The notes beneath the pieces are model-generated. The model did no database searches. It saw nothing but the letters and a program-made list of their open reading frames with translations, and was not told the origin of the DNA. DNA of 64,000 nt from Squalus acanthias (lineage: Eukaryota). The DNA is taken from positions 83,640,001-83,704,000 of the forward strand of contig CM059432.1 in assembly GCA_030390025.1 (NCBI GenBank), in the 5' to 3' direction. This document shows positions 48,338 to 60,757 of this stretch, one piece after another (position 1 is the stretch's first letter; every line of letters starts with the position of its first letter). The translations under genes and the position numbers were made by a program.

Positions 48338-51300
48338 GAGCTCGATTTTGCCAGGGCCGAGGAGGCAGGATTGGAGGCATGTGAGGTGTTAAAATTGCAA
48401 AAAATGGCATGCGGGCCCGATCCACCTCCATCCCGCCTCTGAGCAATTTTCACAGAATTGGGGTTTCAGACCCCGTTTCCATTCCGCTTCCAAGAGGCGG
48501 GATAGGCCCTTAAGGCCCTTAACAACCACTTAATTGCCTCTATAATCCAATTTTGAGAGGCCTTTCTGATTTTTAGCCATTTCCTCCATCCAACACGCTA
48601 CCTCTGGAACACGCTAGGTAATCCTGGCGGCCTCACAAGTGGATTGCTTACAAACAGCTGCAGCTCCACCATTAAAAAGGAGTTTTGAGCAATCATCATT
48701 TGCAGGTGGCAGAACTTTGTTGTCTCAGGTCTGGGGGAACTTTTAGCAGGCCTACTCATTGTTGTGGATGTTTCGAGCCTGAGACCCATCTCCAGTGTGA
48801 CCTCGTGGGAAACCCTTCTCCCCACCTTGACTGAGCGCTTCCTCAACTGAGGTATATAGCAGAAGCATGGGAACTATTTATTTCCTTTCCTCCTGGACAT
48901 CAGATTCGGACGAAGACCAGCCGTAGCAGCAGCAGAACCCTGAACAACAGCAGCACCAACATCAGGAGCAACAACAGGAGCGCCAAGCTGCTGCTCACCC
49001 ACCTGAAACTGCACAGGCCAGAAGGCGCCAGAGCATGTCCACATTGCTGCCCGGGATGCAAGGGTCACACTCATGTTGGCCAGATTTGCTTAGCCTGCAC
49101 AATCAAACACTTTTGCCTCGCACCTTCTTACCAGAGCATCGACAATGGACAAAAACCTGCGGATTCCTATCACTCTGATCACCATACTGACAATTGCAAG
49201 TCGCTCCAAGCCCTCAATGTGGAAGTCCCATTTGCGAAATGACACAGGCCACAACTTCAACAGTTTGCCATCAGAAATTTTTATCACAACAAGCAACTGA
49301 TGGCATTTCAAAAATAAACACAACATAATACCCAAGAGACTACCCTTGTGACTACTTGTGCATTATCTTGCTCTTACGCGTGCTCCTACGTGGTGCTTCC
49401 CCTGTAGCTTCAGCAGATGTGGAGGCCCCTTGCTCACTTTCTTGCTGCTCCTGTCTCGACACCTTTGGCGGGCGTCCTCTGGGGTTGCGAACCTGTGAGG
49501 GCTCGGCAACAGTCTGCTGCTCCTGCGGCTGTGCAGGGGATGAGACGCCCATCTCAGTTGGGTGAGGACTCTGGTGGGGCTCTGACCGAGGGCTTTGCAG
49601 TGGCATGGTCGTGTGAGCGCTTGGAGAGGAGCCCCCTCTTCCTTGTTGTCTGCCACCAACATCCCTCTCATGGGTCAGCCCCACTTCAGAGCTAGCAAGT
49701 GGCTTGACAGCACCTTGCTGCACTTCAGGGGGGCCATGAGGACCCGTTTCTGCACTGGAAGTCCGACTCCAGAGGACTTCCATGAAGGTCTGGTTTCTAT
49801 GCTCAATAGCTGACCATCGCTCCTCAAGAGATGCCAGTCTATTCTGAACAATGACCATGTTTTCAACACTCTGGCGACTTAGCTCCTCCATGGCTGTAGC
49901 CATCCTCTCCTCTACCGTAGCCATCCTTTCCACGGAGGTTGCCATCCTTTCCATGGTGATGCGTTCATGCGCCAATGCCTCCACAAAGGCTCTGCTCATG
50001 TTCACGATGGACTCCTCCATTCGCTCGACACTCGCAGCGACCCTGGAGACAAAACCTGACAGAGACTCCTGCACCTGTTCCTGGAGTTCCAGCACCGCTC
50101 TCCTTTTGGATGGACTCAGAGGCACAGGGTCGACATGCAGCTGAGCCGAGCTGGCAGAGTCCTGCGCCCTCCAACGAGGAGTCTCCACTGCTGTCCCTGT
50201 CTCCACCATCTGCTGATGCTCACTTGTGAGCTGTGATACACCAGGTGCCAACACTACTCTATCTCGCGAAGTCCCACTGAGGTGTGAGTGTCTGCACTGG
50301 TGCTGACTGTGCTGAATTCTGCTGACGCTGCGCCCTCAGAGGTTGCAGCTTCCTCTGAGGAGTCTGGAAGCTCAGGCTCTTCCTCCTGGACAGTGGGGAT
50401 GGAGGCTTTCGATGCTCCTGTGGGGGAGTAAAGGAAAGAGTTAGAGATGTGAGGTCAAGGTTACATGAACATTGAATAGTGCAGATGATCATAAGTCAAT
50501 CTGTTAGAGCATCAGATTCATTATCAGTGGCTCATGCAATGTCAATGAGAGAGATGCCAAACTATTCTGTCACCAGCTTGCTGTGATGCGCCCGTCTGTC
50601 CGTCCCCCACTTGGGAATCCTCCTCGATCCCGGCGATTTCCAGGGCTGCCTCCTCCCAGGCGGTGAGCTGGGCTACTGAGAGTGGCCCTCCTCCTGTCAT
50701 GGCTCTTTCCCTCTTATTGTGGGCTCTCTTTTCCTGCAATGAGGGACACAAGTGGAGGTTGAGTGAGAATGAAGGAGTGAGTGTAGAGAATGCATAGCAC
50801 AGATGCTTAGAAGGAGACAAAGGGCCCTCCCTGTGTGTTGTAAGTTGTTGTTGTTGTTGCATCACAGTGATAGGGAGTGTGAGGGCTACATGGTCGAATA
50901 GGTAAGTGAATGTGACCTTCGAGAGAGAGGGAATGGGTAAGGGTGCAGGGATGTAAGTGTCAAGTGGGATGTGGAGGAAGAGGTTGGCGAAGCAGAGTGC
51001 TGGTGAGGAGAGGCGATGGGGATCAGATTGAGGGTGATGGGAAAGTCATACTGACTTTTCCTGTGCGGAGAAGGTCATGAAACCTCTTCCTGCAATGCAG
51101 CCAGGTTCTGTGGCTCATTGATATGGAGTTGACCTCCTGGGCCACTTGCAGCCACACAGCTTTAGTCTGCTGGGGTGGCTTTTTTGTCCCTGAGGAAGGG
51201 AAGAGCACCTCCTTATTAGATCTTGCTCCCTGCACCAGAGCTTGGAGGGAGGGCTCATCAAAGCGAGGTGCACACTTTTGCTTGCTGGTGGACATGGTCG

Positions 51301-51575
51301 GTAAATGAAGTCCTTCATACAATTTCCAAAGCGTTTCCAGTCTCCAGAAGAAGCAAGGCCGCTGCAGGTCCTAAATCCAGCAGCATTGATGACATCATCG
51401 GAGGCGACTTTCTGTATGAAAAGACTCATTGGGCCAGGGGTTCCCACACGCTGGAAATCAGTTGCCCAATTAGGGCAAAATCGCACTTTTTTCAACACAT
51501 CACTTAGGAGTCGGGGTCCTGACACGATTCCCACCTGACACGCCCCAGCCCGCCCACACTGGCAAAATCCAGCCC
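48338..51575. mobile_element. Transposase-deleted, Myb-retaining Harbinger element (family C, 3238 bp)
   Basis: TIRs GAGCTCGATTTTGCCAG / CTGGCAAAATCCAGCCC with flanks CCT/CCC. Only a transposase C-terminal remnant remains (ARDARVTLMLARFA*, ending ~49093). A Myb gene lies on -. Confidence 0.85.
49352..51295 (-). pseudogene. Harbinger Myb/SANT gene; exons 51295-51056, 50733-50574, 50417-49352; one frameshift near 50260
   Basis: APRFDEPSLQALV...W.QVA...CRKRFHDL and EKRAHNKRERAMTGGG, with the same intron phases as the intact gene and a 300-aa open 3' segment. Confidence 0.8.
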
Positions 51576-51746
51576 CCCGTCTCAAATTGTTGAGACTTGC
51601 TTGAAACCGACACTCCTAAAAAAAACCATAATTTCCTAATTTCTGTGCTGTATAATTACACAGGATATCCGGCACAGAAACACGCCATTCGCCCAACCAG
51701 TCCACTCGAGCCAAATATAACCATCAGATGCTGGAAATAAATTGTT

Positions 51747-53329
51747 AGGCTGGAATTTTGCCGCGCTCGGAGGGCGGGTTCGGAGGCGGGTCCGCTGTCA
51801 AAATCAAAAAGATTGACAGCGGGGCGGTATCCCACTCTAAACTCACCTCCTTGTGAGTTTCCCAAGTGCCAGCTCTGCCTGCGCTTTGCAGACCCGGCAC
51901 TAAGCAGTGGGTGAGCCAATTGTGCTTGTTAAGAGTGTGTTTAAAGCAATTTAATCAACATTTTACCAGGTACAAACCATTTCCCCAAGTTTTCCACGAG
52001 GTTCACGTCACTCGGGGATCACGGCAGGAAAGTGTGTCGGGTTTTAAACAACTCTCCATTTCTGGGAATAGTTGACAGCTGCAAAAGTGGTACAAAACCT
52101 ACCATTTCACAGCTGGTCACTTTCCAATCTTAGAGGCTGGAGCCTTCAGGATTTGGAATACACTTTTCAGCTTTATGGAGGTTTGAAGTGTTTGGATTAA
52201 ATTCTCTATCCAGTGTCACCTCCTTGGAGCAACCTCACTCACCACTGACAGATCACTTCTGTCATCTCAAGTTCACCTGCCATCTATTCCATCAGCATCG
52301 GTGCCCTTGAAAAAATCTCACCTTGGTCCTCAGAATCCCACCACGATCAGCCCCAACACCAACATTACCAGGCACACCAGCATCACCAACACCAACCTTC
52401 TCCGCAATCTCCTGATGCTGCACAGGACACAGGGCATCCGCACCCGAGCACATTGCTGGCCAGGACGCCAGGGACGGTCTCACCATGGCCAGATTTACTT
52501 CACTAGACACTGTACACCCTGGCTGCCACATGATGTGCCAGGTTGGCACCACCCCACACCAACACCATAAAGCATCCCTACAATGCCCAAGCCATTCTTT
52601 TCACACTTATCAGCATTGCGGGGGGTACTGTTATGTCTCACCATTCACTGCAACTCACTAAGCCACTTCCAAAGGTGCACAGAGATCTGTCCAAGAAGGC
52701 AAAGTGTTGAAAATAAATATTTCATTGTTTGACAGCACATTAACAGAAACTTTACATGAACATTGTTGATAACACCCAAGTGCCTACCTTTGTGTGTTGT
52801 TAGTTGGTATGATTGGACAAGGATGAGGGTGAGTGTGAGGGGTGGCTAGTGAGATGGGGAAGTGATAATGTAGATAGAGAGGGATGGGTGGAGGTGCAAG
52901 GTAAGTTGGTGTGAGTAAGGATGTGCAGGAGTAGGGTAGGGAAGACAGAGTGATGAGGATGTGATGAGTAGCACAGCAGGATGAGGTTGAGTGTGTCTTT
53001 GCAGTAACGTTTTGTGATCTACTGAGATCATTGAAAGGTTTGCGCCACTGCAGCCTGGTCCTCCTGACGACTTGTGCCCTCCTGTGCAATGTGCAACCAG
53101 GCTGCGTTGGTGTCCTGGGGAGGTCTCTTCCGCCCATTGGAAGGGAAGAAAACCTTCCTGCGTGCTGTGACTCCCTCCACAAGCATGTAGAGGCAGTCAT
53201 GGGAGAGCCTGGGTGCAGCCATGCACCTTTGTGCAGTGCTTGTCAGTGTTTGTAGCACCTTAAAGCTGTAGAACACTCACAGCACAACTGTCAAAATGAT
53301 TATGGACATGGTCCCTTTAAGGAAACCGG
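51747..53329. mobile_element. Internally deleted Harbinger remnant lacking its right end
   Basis: Left TIR AGGCTGGAATTTTG, transposase C-terminal remnant ARDGLTMARF (~52468-52500) and Myb exon 1 on - (53222 to ~53010, APRLSHDCLYMLV...W.HIA). Confidence 0.7.
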
Positions 53330-54360
53330 CTGGAGGATGGTAGATAGTGGTGTTTCCCAAGGGTCAGTGCTGGGGCCACTGCTTTTTTTGATATATATAA
53401 ATGACTTGGATATTGGAATACAGAGTAGAATTTCTAAATTTGCCGAATGCACCAAACTTGGGGGTGTGGCAAACAGTGAGGATGATACCGATCGACTGCA
53501 ACAGGACATAGAAAGGCTAACAGAATGGGCAGACAAGTGGCAGATGGAATTTAATACAGAGAAGTGTGAGGTGATGTATTTTGGCAGAAGGAACAGGGAG
53601 AGGCAATATACACTTAATGACACAGTTTTAAAGAGTGTGCAGGGACAGAGGGACCTGGGAGTTAATGTGCATAGGTCCCTGAAGGTGGCAGGACATATTG
53701 AGAGAGTCGTTAGCAAAGCATGTGGGATCTTGGGCTTCATAAATAGAGGTATTGAGTACAAAAGTAGAGAAGTTATGCTGAACCTTTATAAAGCGCTGGT
53801 TAGGCCACAACTGGAGTATTGCGTCCAGTTCTGGTCACCACACTTTAGGAAGGATGTGAAGGCCCTTGAGAGGTTGCAGAGGAGATTTACCAGAATGGTT
53901 CCGGGGATGGGGGAATCTTAGCTAAAGGACAGGTTGGAGAAGCTTGATTTGTTTTCATTAGAGCAAAGGAGGTTGAGGGGTGATTTGATAGAGGTGTACA
54001 AGATTATGACGTGTTTGGATAGGCTAGACGGGGAAAGGCTGTTCCTACTAGTTGATGGTACAAGGACTAGGGGACACAGATTTAAGGTTTTGGGCAAGAG
54101 ATTCAGGGGGAATGTGAGGAAAAACTTTTTTACGCAGTGAGTGGTGAGGACCTGGAACTTGCTGCCAACGGAAGTGGTGGAAGCGGAGACACTCAATGTT
54201 TTCAAGGGGAGACTGGATAGGCACTTGAGGGAAATAAACTTGCAGGGCTACGGGGATAGAGCGGGAGAATGGGATTGACAGGATTGCTCTGCAGAAAGCC
54301 GGCATGGTCTCTATGGGCCTAATGGCCTCCTTCTGTGACGTTATGACTTTATGACTCTAT
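53330..54360 (+). mobile_element. CR1 3' fragment joining two different Harbinger remnants
   Basis: ORF 53337-53921 (QGSVLGPLLF) and 53934-54140; tail TTATGACTTTATGACTCTAT. Confidence 0.9.
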
Positions 54361-56013
54361 GCTTGTGCTGCAATGGAAGCTGAGACATCGGCCATCACAC
54401 GCTGCATCCTGTTTGGGCCCACAAATGCGCTAATGGAGTTGCCCATCACTTCCATCCTGGAAAACATGGGCTCCAAGCTCTGCACAAAGGCCTGTCCAAA
54501 GTTGGTGCCGGAGTCCTCCATGCTTCTTGACAGTGGAAAAAGGCTCTCTGGCAGGCCTGCCAATGCACCAAGCAGTTCATTGTGCATGCCCATCAGTGAT
54601 CTTCTGTAAGCCGCCCCATCGAGTTCTTCATCTGATTCCTAGACAGAACTTATGCACGAACTCACCCTCTGAGGAGCTGCCACCAGTGCTACCTTTTCCC
54701 CCTGAACTGGCTGCAGCCTACTCGTGCCCGGTGAGTCACCACGCGCAAATCCCGCCTCTATACTACCCTCTAAAATCAGTGCAGTGTCAGTATCTGAGCT
54801 GGTGCCTGCAAGTGTCAGATCGAGTGACGGTGTCTCTTCTTCTTCAACAATCTCCTCATCTACCACTGGCTGGACAGCTTGGCGGTCTTGGATATCTGAA
54901 ATGAGAAAGGCACAAGGGTAGGATTGTGCTGAGGGGAGGGGGGAAGCAAGATGTGCATGCTTACACCATTGGCAGTTTGCAAGTGAGAAGAGATTGTGGG
55001 TTGAGGGGGAACTTGGATGTGAGAAGGAGGATTAAGTATGAGCATACTGTCATTTTGAATGTTTTCAACGTCGCTACTCGCCACGGCCTCAGTGATGGCC
55101 CCTCCAATTACCTGCAGCACCATCTCCTCCATGGGGGTGAGGACATGTAGCCTTGCTCGTCCCTCTCGGCTCGCTGCTGCACTCTTCTGTTAGGAGCCAC
55201 CTTGGCCTGCAAGAGAAAGGGAAGTGCGTCAGTGAGTGTGGTGCAATGTGTTTGGGTAATGTGCCTGCCATGGTTGAGTAGCTGACAGTGTGTGCATGGT
55301 GTGAGATGTGGGTGTAAGGCTTGCAGCATTGATAAGTGTGTGAGGGTGAGGTGAATCTAGGAATGTGAGGTGTGCCTCGTGTTTGGTAGATTGTTGGTAG
55401 GTGAGTAATGGGGGTCTGGTGCATTGCGCAGTGTGTGAGGCTGGTAGTGCAGTTGGTAGGAGACGACTTTTGAAGATGAATTCACTGACCTTGACCACTC
55501 GTCTGAGGTCATTAAACTTCTTTTGGCACTGGAGCCACGTTCTAGGAGCGAGAATTCTGGCAGTGACCGCCTTGGTGATCTAGTCCCACATCCTTCTTAC
55601 AGTGTTTCTGGAAGGCCTCCTGGCCCCCTGTGAGTAGACGACCTCGTTTTGCGTGTTCACCCCCTGCACAAAGGCCTCGAGCGCTGTGCCCGAGACGCCT
55701 GGGTGCCCTCTCCCTGGCCTGTTGTGCCATTTTGGTTTGTGCTGAAGCAGTTTTATAATTTTTGATAACCAGAAGGCTGCTCACCTTTAAGAGGTGCAGA
55801 CTGCCTTTAAGAGGCTCACGCAAACTTTGCGAACTTTGGCCCCCTGTTGAGCGCACAGCCAGTCAGCAGCGTGCTCAGTGCTGGGCTGTACGGTGCTATC
55901 ATTATCATTAGCAGGCAGCACGAAGTTTACTTGCTGCCTGTTCTCTTTTCAATGGGCGCGGGCCAATCGCGCATTGCGATCCCCGTTTTTGGGCCTTATC
56001 GAATTTTTCCCCC
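54361..56013 (-). mobile_element. Right part of a Harbinger related to 11257-15365, with a decayed three-exon Myb gene
   Basis: MAQQARERAPR (ATG 55730), AKVAPNRRVQQR and MGMHNELLGALAGLPESL match the intact Myb protein. Right TIR GAATTTTTCCCCC. Confidence 0.8.
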
Positions 56014-57240
56014 TAGGTGTCTAAATGGAGTAGAGGAGCAGAGGGATCTGGGGGTACAGATACACAAACCACTAAAAGTAGTGACGCAGGTTAATAAGGC
56101 CATAAAAAAAGCAAATAAAGCACAGAGGTTCATTTCCAGAGGAATAAAATTGAAAAGCAGATAAGTTATGTTAAACTTATATAGAACCTTGGTTAGATCA
56201 TACTTGGGAGTACTGTGAACAGTTTTAGTCTCCATATTATAAAATGGATATGGAGGCACTGGAGAAGGTGCAAAAAGGATTTACTAGCATGGTACAAGAA
56301 CTGAAAGGTTATACCTATCAGGTAAGATAGAACAGGCTGGGGCTGTATTCTGTAGAAAAGTGAAGACTGAAGGGTGACCTGATAGAGGCTTCATGATTAT
56401 GAAAGGGTTTGATAGGCTAGACGTAGAGAAGAAGTTTCTACTTGTGGGGGAGACCAGAATTAGGGGCCATAAATATAAGATAGTCACTAATAAATCCAAT
56501 AGTGAATTCAGGCGAAACTTTGTTACCCAGGGAGTGGTTAGAATGTGGAATTCACTACCACAAGGAGTAGTTGAGGTGACTAGCATGGATACATTTAAGG
56601 ACAAGCCAGATAAACACGAGGGAGAAAGGAATAGAAGGTTATGTTGATGGGGTTAAATTAAAAAGGGTGCGAGGTGGCTCGTGGAGCATAAACACTGGCA
56701 TAGACTTGTTGGGCTGAATGGCCTTTTTCTGTGCTGTAAATACTATGGCCCGTATTTTCCGATCAGAGGCTTCCTGCGTGCGGAGGCCTCCGATCTGGAA
56801 AAATCTACAAACTTACCTGAGGGCTCCCGAGGTGCATATACTTCCGCTCCTGGGCCTCTCCAAACTCGAAATGCGCAGGGCCCACGTATCCCAGAGGCGC
56901 AGGTGGTTCGCAAGCGTCTCTGGGACCACGTGGGCCATGGGGAGCCAACAGGAGAAGGGAATCTCCCTTCATACACTTGACAGATAGACCTGTCAAATAT
57001 ATGAATGGATATCACCCCAAAAACACTGTAAAACATTAAATAAATTTTTTTTTTAAATCACTTTTTTAATATGAGTTCAAATTACAATATATTAAATATT
57101 TTAAACAAAAATTAAATTTTTTGAAAGAAATAATTAAAGCATGCCTGAAACCGACATTTCCGATGTCCCTACGGGTGTGTACACAGCGCGTACCCACCCG
57201 TAGGCATCGGAATATACGGCCCAATGTAATACTATGTAAT
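56014..57240 (+). mobile_element. CR1 3' fragment whose tail is split by MITE 56747-57222
   Basis: LNGVEEQRDLG...VVRMWNSLPQ. The (TACTATGTAA)n tail appears on both sides of the MITE. Confidence 0.85.
56747..57222 (-). mobile_element. Harbinger-type MITE (same family as 6020-6362)
   Basis: TIRs GGCCCGTATTTTCCGAT / ATCGGAATATACGGCCC with flanks TAT/AAT. Confidence 0.85.
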
Positions 57241-57255
57241 GACAATCTGTTTCAT

Positions 57256-58002
57256 GGCCTGGATTTTGCGGTGGGTATGATGGCCTACTCTCAGAGTAGG
57301 CCATCATATCGCCTTTGAAATCCACCTCTAGTTCGGGACAAGCGCATGCGCTAAATCCCAAACTTGCAGTCTGTCAAGGTACGTGTTGACAGGCCATCCG
57401 CTCTGCCACCGAAAACCTAATTGCTGGTGCAGAGTTGGGCTATTTGCCCACCAACTGCCCAGCAATTATGTATGGAAATTTTATGGCTGGTGGAAACAGG
57501 CGCAGGGCCTGTTTCCACAGTGCAAGGGGATACTCGAAATGAAAAAAATGCTTTTTGTTTAATTAAGTGACATCCAGGAACATTAAAAGCTTTAATGAGA
57601 AGCAATCCTAGTCTATTTTAAAGCTGCAGGTTTTTTTATAAATAACGTTCAAATTTCATAACTTTCTGCATGGTATTTGTTTGGAAGTGGGAATTATGTG
57701 TAATGAATTGGATTCCCACGATAAAAGCTAAATCTGTATGTATTTTAAAGGCTGTAGTAATGTAATAATTTAAATGAATGAAAGACAATCGGTTTTCCGA
57801 TTGGAGGACCAGGCCCGGGTGATCCCAGGTACACTTCCACACAGGCTGCGTCCCTGGGATCCGTGGGCCATTACGCTGCCCTCCTACTCGCAGCGTCAGA
57901 GCGCAAGTTTTCACAGGAGGGCCGCCATCAGGTATGCGCGTATTCTTTTCGCAGCTCGGCGGTGTACTCTGGAGGTATGCCGCTGACCGCAAATTTTGGC
58001 CC
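57256..58002 (+). mobile_element. Divergent family A-like Harbinger MITE
   Basis: Ends GGCCTGGATTTTGCGGT / ACCGCAAATTTTGGCCC. The right arm (TGAATGAAAGA...GTGATCCCAGG...CCCTGGGAT) resembles 851-935. Confidence 0.6.
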
Positions 58003-60554
58003 AATGTATTTACAATTTACAATGTTGCTTCTTATAGCAACTAGGACAACTCTTTCTCCAAATGACTAAAATGTTGCAACTAAAGTTACACAGTCATAGA
58101 GTAAATGGAAACACACACTTTTCTCATTTCACCAATTCCATTAAATATCTTGTAGAAGTTGTCACAAACCTTACTTTGCTGATCATATATAAATAGAATA
58201 TTTATAACCACAAAACTGAAAATAAAGTTCATGCAAAATGCAGAATCTTTGGCAAATTATTAAAATAGTTATAAAAACATCTATGTGTTTGTCTATCGAC
58301 AGAATAAATTTTCGTGCCTCTCATTTTGTTTGCTGAGTGAATGTGCTGATAGATTTATTGGAATGTTGTAGGTAGAATATTTTGCAGAATCCTCTGGTCC
58401 AGGCACTGGGAATGGAAAGTTACATTTTGCACAGTGCAGTTTCTTTCAATAAACTGGTGTAAATTATTGTGGGTGTTTTCTGTCAAATTATGTTTAAATT
58501 TTTACCTTCCCTCTGGGTTACTTTAGATGCCCTTTAATCCTCTCGTTATTTTCTTTCAAGTAGGTAATCTCCTCATTTGGGTTTTTGCTCTCTTATATCA
58601 GAGATGACGATAAGAGTTTTTATTTTGCTGATTATACTGAGTTGTTTAAAATGAAACCTTGTTTTTAGGAATTAAAGAAGTTAAATCAATCTTAGGGATT
58701 GGCTATTGGGGAGGGGAAAGGGTGGGGGAAGAGCAGAAGTAGTTCGAACACTTCCTGTCCAGACCTATCCACATTATCTTTAGGATGATACATGGCCTTG
58801 CCTCAAGCAACTGACTTTCTGTAAAGAATAGCAGAAAAGATTAATTTAGTTGACTATATTACCGAGTGGTAATGATGCTCTCCCTTGACATGTCATGATT
58901 AACTGGGGGCAGTCCCTTTGGAGCTTTTCTGGAGACAGTAATACTCTTCTGTTTGCTCCCAGCAATAGAGACACTTTAGCTGGCTGTACGATTTGGTGGA
59001 GATTCTTCTCTCACCACTTGCTGTGATGTGAGCAACAGAGGCTCTGACTTCTCTTTATGATTAACTAGAAAAGGGAAGTATTTTCCCTTCATCTTTTCTG
59101 AACAACTGTCATATGGAATAAACGCAGTCTTTCCTTATGAGCTGAAGAAGCCCAAATAAATATTTATAAATATTATCTAATAAAATACATAACAGCGGAA
59201 TACAACTGAGAGAGAGGAATAGAGACCTTTATTAGTCCCCCATAACAGTATGGGGGATAACTTTTTGACTGTGCTTCTGGCGGGGAGTCCATTGGCAGCA
59301 CATACTGAAAATTCGGGTGGTGTCGTCCACAACTGTTCTGACCATTAATTTGAAATGGTTGAAGATTCATGTACAATGCATGCCTGAACTTCTGCTCTGT
59401 GCTCCTGGGAAGAGAGGCTCCCTGCCAGTAGTGCAAAGTCGGAAAATTAATCCACTCTGTTCAGCTTCTCTCGCTCAGCACAGGGCAGGGTGCAGTTGGT
59501 GCTTTACATTTCCTGAATTACAGCCATTCTGTTTTCAAAAAGGAAATAAGGATCATGCAAAATTATATAGAATTTAAAATAAAATTAAAACATTGGGACC
59601 AAAGTTCCAGGGTCCCTATTTTGCCACTGGAATTGAGGTGGAATGGGAGAATCAGCCTCCTGCAGCGAAGAGTCCCTGTCCCAAATCATGGGGAGACAGT
59701 GTTTTAGACAGTTGGAGTGGGCAATCCATGTCTGTACTGGTGCAACAGAGGTGACCGCCCCAACTATCTGGAGAAAAAACAACTGACACGAGCTCTGTTG
59801 GGCCTGGGGAAGAGCAAAATGAGCAAAATTGCTGGGGTAGCCTGGGAATTTCCCCTGACAAGTCTCCAAAGCTTTCTACTGTCGTGAGTGGGGTGGGAGA
59901 CGGGGTGGGGGGGGGGGGGGTGCGGGTTTGAGGGGAGATGGCGGAAGAGTCTCTCCCTCTGCCTCTCCTGAAATTTAGGCCAGATTTTCCACAAGGTGCA
60001 AACCCGGTAGAGCAAGGTTTTGCCTAAAATTTCACCTCTCCCCCGTTCTATACGCCTTCCTTGGTCCCCATAGTTTTGGTTCCTTAGTCTATATCTGAAA
60101 AGAATTAGCTTGCAATTTTTGACTGAAATTTGAACCCTCTCATTGAGTTTCCAGATACCCTATAGTGGTAAATGTTTGAGGTGGTGCCCACTTCACATCA
60201 CAGTTTTCAGTCTGGGTTCTTTTTTACACAACATTTTTTGCCTTCTCAATATCTCAGTTTCCTTTTACCTCTAAGCCTGATCGCACCTGCCCCCTTTCTC
60301 AGTCCTCAGAAATAGGTAATATTCTATGGCATGTAGCTATGGTGACAGCTTGATTCACTTACCTTAGAATCAGAAGATTGTCAAATCAAGCCCTACACCA
60401 GATTTCAATAGAAATAAAAATCGAGCAGTCTCTATAACGGGTGACCAATCCACAGCACCGGTTTACACCTGGGCAGCAAGTTAAAAATCCACCCCATACT
60501 GAGGTACTATAGAAATATTAGCATTAGTTTTTGAGCCAGAGTCAGACCAAATAG

Positions 60555-60757
60555 AATAGTAAAATACTGCGGATGCTGGAAATCTGAAATAACAGAAAAT
60601 GCTGGAAACACTCAGTAGGCCAGGCAGCATCGAGGAGCGAGAAACAGAGTTAACGTTTCAGGTCTGACAAAGGGCCACAGACCTGAAACGTTAACTCTGT
60701 TTCTCTCTCCACAGATGCTGCCTGGCCTGCAGAGTGTTTCCAGCATTTTCTGTTATT
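60555..60757. mobile_element. Palindromic Penelope-derived insert with a degenerate hammerhead at its centre
   Basis: ~83-bp inverted arms at 60583-60665 / 60679-60762 and a 13-bp duplication TCAGACCAAATAG (60542-60554, 60758-60770). Confidence 0.75.

Noticed and set aside
58860..59145. Exon-like minus-strand segment with a long near-open frame
   Set aside because: It contains in-frame TAA stops and no recognisable homology.
59594..60495. Several GGG..ATTTT / AAAAT..CCC-like ends suggesting further old MITEs
   Set aside because: The ends cannot be paired reliably and no target duplication is evident.
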